A stretch of 64,000 bases of DNA, from assembly GCA_044342325.1 (NCBI GenBank), contig JBIIPZ010000009.1, positions 19,924 through 83,923 of the forward strand. Reading direction: 5' to 3'. The notes beneath the pieces were generated by a model that was not told the origin of the DNA, ran no database searches, and saw nothing but the letters and a program-made list of their open reading frames with translations. Positions 58,302-64,000 of the stretch are shown in pieces. The number at the start of each line of letters is the position of its first letter. Position 1 is the stretch's first letter. The DNA is from Terrimicrobiaceae bacterium. GTDB taxonomy: Bacteria; Verrucomicrobiota; Verrucomicrobiia; Chthoniobacterales; Terrimicrobiaceae. A program made the translations under genes and the position numbers.

Positions 58302-58703
58302 ATGAAAAGAATCCTCCTCCTTTCCTTTGCCGCCGCCTTGGCGTTCATCTGTTCCTCTGTCGCACAAGCCGGGAACCCCTTGTTTCAGAATGGTTGGCTC
58401 AAATCGGCGACAGATACTTCTATTACAATCAAATTACCGCCTCGCGGCGAGGAGGAGGCAACCTTCGCATTCGCTCCCAATGTCAAAATCTCCTTCAATG
58501 GCGCCGATGGCACCCCGGAGGATCTGCAGGCCTTCGCGGAATCCATGGGCAAAGCGCGCATTCTCGTCAATCTGCGGCGTCAAAACAGCGAGTCCACAAC
58601 AGTTGTGATCGTTGGTATCAAGGCGGATAGGCCTGATTTTCCCACCCAATCATCTCCGGAATCAACCGCGCCGGCACCTCCTGCTGCTAATCCGGTCGAG
58701 TAA
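58302..58703 (+). CDS. Small secreted hypothetical protein (OB-fold/DUF5666-like?)
   Basis: ATG 58302, signal peptide MKRILLLSFAAALA; beta-rich core; Pro-rich tail. Confidence 0.65.
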   Translation: MKRILLLSFAAALAFICSSVAQAGNPLFQNGWLKSATDTSITIKLPPRGEEEATFAFAPNVKISFNGADGTPEDLQAFAESMGKARILVNLRRQNSESTTVVIVGIKADRPDFPTQSSPESTAPAPPAANPVE

Positions 58704-58771
58704 TATCGCACCCAGTTCCAAATTCAGATAGCACAGTTTTGAAGAAGTTATTTTTCATTCCACAAAATCTA

Positions 58772-58800
58772 TTGACAAAAATGCAAAGCATTGTATTAAT
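58772..58800 (+). promoter_or_regulatory. TTGACA promoter with operator ATGCAAAGCATTGTAT (58781-58796) in the spacer
   Basis: Perfect -35 at 58772-58777, AT-rich -10 region (TATTAAT), consensus palindrome between them. Confidence 0.68.
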
Positions 58801-58825
58801 CTTCTAGCAACCCCCTCTTGGAAAT

Positions 58826-61800
58826 ATGTCCAACCCCTCCCCCGATCCCATAAATCCCTTCTCGACGATGTTTGAAATCGCAACCCACACAACGACGGGG
58901 GCCACTTCATTGTTGCCCGGCACGGGATTCCGGTCGGCATGTTGCCAGTTGTTTGGTGGCCGCTTTTTTGGCCGCTGGATTGTTGCCTTTGCTCACTTGG
59001 TTTTGATTTTTTCAGCCCTGGCTTCAATCCATGCTGCTGATATCATTAAGGCAAATAACACAAATGCACTGAATCTTACCACGAGTTGGAGTGGAGGCGT
59101 GGTTCCTGGATCAGGTGATATTGCAGTGTGGGATAATACCATCACGGCTGCCAGATCAACGGCTCTTGGAGGAAATCTGACATTCAATGGGATAAAAATA
59201 ACCAATCCCACCACCGGGGTGTCGACAATCGCAAGCACTGCAGGAGCTTTTTTAACTATTGGTGCTTCAGGTATCGACATGAGCACCGCAACAGTCAGTT
59301 TCAACATTGCAGCTTCCGTTGCACTCGGAGCCGATCAGACTTGGACTGTGAATTCAGGTAGGTTGTTGGATTCCAACAATAATGCCAATTTTGGCGGCAT
59401 CATAGTCGATAACCAAGGCTACAATCTTACGACGGACGGAGCCGGGGCGGTAGATATTGGCACCCTTACTGGAGCTGGCGGGTTGATTAAAAACGGAACA
59501 GGCACCCTTCGCCTCCAATCCGGTGGAACATGGACATACACAGGCGATGTGACTGTAAACGGGGGAACGCTGCGCGCCGGGAATAATGCAGGCGGTTTAG
59601 GCTCCGGAGCCTCAAGTCTTTTCCTAAACAGTGGCACACTGGCGTTTGCGAGTAATGTTGTCCTAAACTTGGGGAGAAACACTACTGTTAACGGTGATTT
59701 TTCCATTCTTAACAATAATAGCACTAACCTTGGAGCTTCGAGTTACACATTGGGAACGCTCTCGATTGGCGCACATACTCTCAGTGTTACTGCACCTGCA
59801 GGAACAAACACGGGCAACATCACATTCGGAGCAACCACGCTGACAGGAAACGCCATTTTCGATGTTGGCTCGCGAGTTGAAAACAATCTGATTCTCGGAG
59901 CGGTTGGAGGCAGCTATGGCCTGACCAAAAACGGGGTTGGCACATTGCGACTGACAGAAGCCGGGACTTTCACGGGCTCGACATTGGTTTCGGCTGGAAC
60001 ATTGGTTATTCTCAATAATCTCGCCCTTCAAAACAGTGCCTTGAACACCTCCGGGGTCGGCTCGATCGATCTCACTGGATACACGACTCCCACCTTTGGG
60101 GGACTTTCCAGCGGTGCCGGAGCAAGAGACCTTTCCTCACTGATCTCCACTGGCTACGGCAGCATCACTTCGCTGACCCTTAATCTGGGCGCGGGGGCTA
60201 ACGAGTCATACAACGGCGTCATTGGCGACGGAGCCGCTGGCATGACCCTGACCAAAAATGGAAGCGGCACACAGGTCCTTTCGGGGAGCAATACCTACAC
60301 CGGTGCAACAACGATCAATGCTGGAACCCTCCAGATCGGTGCGGGTGGCACGACCGGCACGCTCTCGACCAGCAGCGCGATCACGAACAATGGGACGCTG
60401 ACTTTCAACCGCAGCAACGCCGTGGCGCAAGGCACCGACTTCAGCGCCTCTGCTATCACGGGCAGCGGCTCTCTTATCCAAGACGGCAGCGGCGCACTGA
60501 CGCTTTCCAGCAGCAACTCCTATTCCGGAGGCTCGGTCCTGAATGCAGGAACCCTCGTTCTCGGCCATGCCAACGGCTTGGGCACTACTGGCACTATCTC
60601 GTTCGGCGGCGGCACGCTCCAATACGGCAGCGGCATCACGACGGACCTCTCCGCCCGCTTCAGCAGCGCCGCAAGCCAAGCCTACAAGATCGATACCAAT
60701 GGCAACAATGTCACGCTCGCCAGTGCTCTCACCAGCTCCGGCGGCAGCCTCACCAAGAGCGGCAGCGGGGCCCTCACGCTCTCCGCCTCCAACACCTACT
60801 CTGGCGCCACCACGGTCAACGCTGGCACGCTTGTCCTCAATGGCACGAACACAGCCTCGGCCATCACCGTCAACTCCGGCGGAACACTCATGGGGTCCGG
60901 CACCGGCGGTGCGCTGACGATCAACTCCGGCGGCACTATTAACCCCGGCACCAGCCCCGGCACCCTCACCTTGGGCGATAGCGTCTGGAACGGTGGGGGC
61001 AACTACAACTGGCAAATTTACGATGCCACATCCACTGCCGGCACTGGCTGGGATTTGATTTCCTCCGCCGGCACCCTCACGATCGGGGCCACTTCGGGCA
61101 ACAAATTCAATATCAACCTCTGGTCACTTTCCGGTATCAGCCCCGATTCCAACGGCACGGCCATTAATTTCAGCTCGGGTTCGAGCTATTCCTGGACGAT
61201 TGCGAGCTTCGCGAGCGTCAGCGGCTTTGACGCCGATCACTTCACGATCAACTCCGGAGCCGTCAATGGCACAGGTGGGTTCAGCGGTTTCACTGGTGCC
61301 TTTTCGCTTTCACTCTCGGGTGGCAATATCACGCTTTCCTACGCTGCTCCGAGCGCCTCTGGTGTGTGGAACACGGGAACCGGCAATTGGTCAACAGCGG
61401 CGCAGTGGGAATCCAATAGCATCCCCTCCAATGGTTCTCCGATCGAATTTACCGGCAGCGGGGGCGTCAGCACGAACGATAGTCAACTCACCTCGGTTTT
61501 GGGCTTCACCTTCACGGCAAATGCCTCCGGCTCTTACACGGTGGACGGCACAAGCCTGACCATTGTCTCTACCGGCGTTTCCAACGACTCCAGCTATAGC
61601 CAAACCGTCGCAACAGATCTCACAGCAAGCGGTGCGCAGTCTTTCGCGGCCAACGGGGCCAACCTCACCATTTCCGGGGCAGTGAACAACGGCGGCTTTG
61701 ATCAGACGTTCACTGGCAACAATAACGGCCTCCTCTCGGGAGCGGTCAGCGGCAGCGGAGGACTCGTCAAATCCGGCACGGGCACACTAACTCTCTCGGG

Positions 61801-64000
61801 CAGCAATTCCTACTCTGGCACCACCACGATCTCCGCAGGCACGCTCACTCTCGCCGGAGGCAGCGCGATTTTGGACAGCGGAGCGGTGAGCGTCGCCAGT
61901 GGGGCGGTCTTGAACCTCGGCGCGAGCGAAACGGTCGGCACCATCGCCGGAGCAGGCAGCATCACCCTTGGCAGCTACACACTCACAAGCAATGCCTCAG
62001 GGGCCACCACCTTCTCCGGCGGGATCAGCGGCTCTGGTGGGCTCACCAAAACCGGCAGCGGCACGCTCACCCTCTCGGGCAGCAACTCTTATTCGGGCAC
62101 GACCACACTCAGCGCCGGCCAGATCAACATCAACAATGCCACAGCGCTTGGCAGCAGCACCTTCACCATTGCAGGCGGCGCGATTGACAACACCAGTGCC
62201 GGAGCCATCACGCTCTCGAACAACAATGCCCAGAACTGGAACGGCGATTTTTCCTTCGCTGGCACGAATGATCTGAATCTCGGCACGGGGTCGGTGGCGA
62301 TGAGCGCCTCCCGCATCGTCACGGTTGCGGCTGGCAACTTCACGGTCGGCGGTGCCATCTCGGGCACAGGCTACGCCCTCACCAAAAATGGCACCGGCAC
62401 GCTCATCCTCTCTGGAAGCAATTCCTACTCCGGCGGCTCGATGCTGAATGCCGGAACGCTCGTCCTCGGAAATGCCAATGGACTCGGCTCCACAGGCAAC
62501 ATCACCTTTGGCGGCGGCGCCCTCCAATACGGATCAGGCATCACCGCCGACATCTCCTCTCGTCTCAAGAACAGCGCCTCCGCGATCCTGATAGACACCA
62601 ACGGGAACAATATGACCTTTGCCGGAGCGCTCGACTCCTCAAACTCAGCTGGCCTCACAAAGAATGGCACTGGCACCCTCATCCTTTCGGCCGCCAACAG
62701 CTACACCGGCGCAACCACGATCAACGCCGGAACTCTTCAAATCGGCAACGGCGGCACGAGCGGATCGCTGGCCACAACCAGCGCGATCAACAACAACGGC
62801 TCTCTGGTGTTCAATCGCTCCGACGACATCACCCAAGGCACCCACTTCAGTGCGAATATCACCGGCTCCGGCGCCCTCATCAAAAACGGCACAGGCAACC
62901 TCACCATCGGCGTGGCAAACAGCTACACCGGCGGCACTGAGATCAATGCCGGAACGCTCCAGATCCGCAATGCCAGTGCTCTCGGCACCTCCGGCACGAT
63001 TTCTTTCGGCGGCGGCACGCTCCAATGGGGGAATGTAACGACCGACCTGTCCTCACGCTTCAGCACGGCTGGTGGGCAGGATTTCAAGTTTGATACAGGA
63101 TCCAACGCGGTCACGTTCGGCACGGCCCTCAACAACGCAGGTGGAACACTTACAAAGAACGGCTCGGGAACTCTTCAATTGAGTAATAACGCAAACACTC
63201 TCTCCTCAATCGTTATCAACAGCGGCACACTAAGGGGAGGTAGCAATGCAAATACATTCGGCGGAACTGGAGCGACCATCACCATGAACGGCGGAACCTT
63301 GAGCTTTGCCTCCAACTTTAACAACTATGGCAACAACATCATGGTTCAAGCCGCCTCATCCATTCACAATAGCGCTGCGGGATCTGGAGGAGTGGTGCCT
63401 CTCATCACTTTTGGCAATCTCAATTTATCCGACACCACCTTCACGCTGACTTCCAACAATGCCAGCCAAACCGGCAATGTTTTATTCAACGGAACGACCA
63501 CACTCGCCGACAACGCGACAATCAATGTCGGCACATCAGCAAACAATACGCTTACCCTTAACGGAATATCCCAAAGCGGTGGCTCGCGCAGCTTGACGAA
63601 GGATGGAGTAGGAAACCTAAAAATCACGGGTTCAGCATCCTACACAGGAATTACTACCGTTAATGATGGCGCGCTCGAAATCGGAGCCAATATAACTATC
63701 GGCTCAATTGCCGGTAGCGGAAACCTAACCCTCGGCACTGGCTTCACTCTGACCTCAGAGTCCTCCAGCAATTCTTCTTTCTATGGTGTGATCGGAGGGA
63801 ACGGTGCCTTAACCAAGAGCGGTGCCGGAATATTAACTCTCGCTGCAAATAATTCCTACGCCGGAGCGACGACGATCAATAGTGGCACACTCCAGATAGG
63901 TAATGGTGGATCGACAGGTTCCATTGCCACAACAAGCGGGGTTACCAACAATGGCACGCTGGCCTACAACCGCAGTGATGCTTTAACCGCGGCCTATGCC
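58826..64000 (+). CDS. Giant autotransporter-associated beta-strand repeat (adhesin-like) protein, runs off the window (>1,700 aa); absent from the ORF track
   Basis: In-frame ATGs at 58826 and 58868; signal ..IFSALASIHA/ADIIKANN; many LTKxGxGTLTLSGxNxYxGxTTINAGTL repeats; same frame at the window end (AYNRSDALTAAYA). Confidence 0.88.
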   Translation, partial: MSNPSPDPINPFSTMFEIATHTTTGATSLLPGTGFRSACCQLFGGRFFGRWIVAFAHLVLIFSALASIHAADIIKANNTNALNLTTSWSGGVVPGSGDIAVWDNTITAARSTALGGNLTFNGIKITNPTTGVSTIASTAGAFLTIGASGIDMSTATVSFNIAASVALGADQTWTVNSGRLLDSNNNANFGGIIVDNQGYNLTTDGAGAVDIGTLTGAGGLIKNGTGTLRLQSGGTWTYTGDVTVNGGTLRAGNNAGGLGSGASSLFLNSGTLAFASNVVLNLGRNTTVNGDFSILNNNSTNLGASSYTLGTLSIGAHTLSVTAPAGTNTGNITFGATTLTGNAIFDVGSRVENNLILGAVGGSYGLTKNGVGTLRLTEAGTFTGSTLVSAGTLVILNNLALQNSALNTSGVGSIDLTGYTTPTFGGLSSGAGARDLSSLISTGYGSITSLTLNLGAGANESYNGVIGDGAAGMTLTKNGSGTQVLSGSNTYTGATTINAGTLQIGAGGTTGTLSTSSAITNNGTLTFNRSNAVAQGTDFSASAITGSGSLIQDGSGALTLSSSNSYSGGSVLNAGTLVLGHANGLGTTGTISFGGGTLQYGSGITTDLSARFSSAASQAYKIDTNGNNVTLASALTSSGGSLTKSGSGALTLSASNTYSGATTVNAGTLVLNGTNTASAITVNSGGTLMGSGTGGALTINSGGTINPGTSPGTLTLGDSVWNGGGNYNWQIYDATSTAGTGWDLISSAGTLTIGATSGNKFNINLWSLSGISPDSNGTAINFSSGSSYSWTIASFASVSGFDADHFTINSGAVNGTGGFSGFTGAFSLSLSGGNITLSYAAPSASGVWNTGTGNWSTAAQWESNSIPSNGSPIEFTGSGGVSTNDSQLTSVLGFTFTANASGSYTVDGTSLTIVSTGVSNDSSYSQTVATDLTASGAQSFAANGANLTISGAVNNGGFDQTFTGNNNGLLSGAVSGSGGLVKSGTGTLTLSGSNSYSGTTTISAGTLTLAGGSAILDSGAVSVASGAVLNLGASETVGTIAGAGSITLGSYTLTSNASGATTFSGGISGSGGLTKTGSGTLTLSGSNSYSGTTTLSAGQININNATALGSSTFTIAGGAIDNTSAGAITLSNNNAQNWNGDFSFAGTNDLNLGTGSVAMSASRIVTVAAGNFTVGGAISGTGYALTKNGTGTLILSGSNSYSGGSMLNAGTLVLGNANGLGSTGNITFGGGALQYGSGITADISSRLKNSASAILIDTNGNNMTFAGALDSSNSAGLTKNGTGTLILSAANSYTGATTINAGTLQIGNGGTSGSLATTSAINNNGSLVFNRSDDITQGTHFSANITGSGALIKNGTGNLTIGVANSYTGGTEINAGTLQIRNASALGTSGTISFGGGTLQWGNVTTDLSSRFSTAGGQDFKFDTGSNAVTFGTALNNAGGTLTKNGSGTLQLSNNANTLSSIVINSGTLRGGSNANTFGGTGATITMNGGTLSFASNFNNYGNNIMVQAASSIHNSAAGSGGVVPLITFGNLNLSDTTFTLTSNNASQTGNVLFNGTTTLADNATINVGTSANNTLTLNGISQSGGSRSLTKDGVGNLKITGSASYTGITTVNDGALEIGANITIGSIAGSGNLTLGTGFTLTSESSSNSSFYGVIGGNGALTKSGAGILTLAANNSYAGATTINSGTLQIGNGGSTGSIATTSGVTNNGTLAYNRSDALTAAYA
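60290..63980 (+). repeat. Degenerate higher-order repeats within the passenger gene
   Basis: Unit TINAGTLQIG.GGT.G...TNNG.L.FNRS at ~60290, ~62695, ~63850; unit NSYSGGS.LNAGTLVLG.ANGLG..G.I.FGGG.LQY at ~60516, ~62421, ~62921. Confidence 0.75.

Noticed and set aside
58826..64000. CRISPR array or DGR-like repeats
   Set aside because: The repeats are degenerate, in-frame protein repeats; no identical direct repeats with spacers, no cas gene and no reverse transcriptase.

Overview
GC-rich bacterial window, most likely Verrucomicrobiota (inferred from a Verru_Chthon-type minor-pilin cassette, sulfatase expansion and autotransporter-associated beta-strand repeats). Almost all of it is one large sulfated/acetylated glycan utilisation region. 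It holds seven Cys-type sulfatases, a formylglycine-generating enzyme, GH38, GH42, GH43_24-like, two six-hairpin glycosidase-like proteins, three esterases, rhaM, SSS and MFS transporters and a LacI regulator. The most striking feature is five paralogues of a ~1,130-1,240 aa secreted protein that I cannot assign to a known family. They share invariant glutamate motifs and are interleaved with one sulfatase subgroup (HAPAAVCQP[T/S]RY) in two converging operons, so they are a candidate new glycoside-hydrolase-like family or module. A palindrome ATRCAAW-nn-WTTGYAT recurs at five intergenic sites. It links the catabolic operons to the minor-pilin cassette and a giant adhesin-like gene. Several lesions and remnants are present: an in-frame TAG in GH43, a G7 frameshift in a sulfatase, and GH1, galM and TPR fragments. 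I saw no rRNA, tRNA, CRISPR or mobile element. All family calls come from motif recognition, not database searches.
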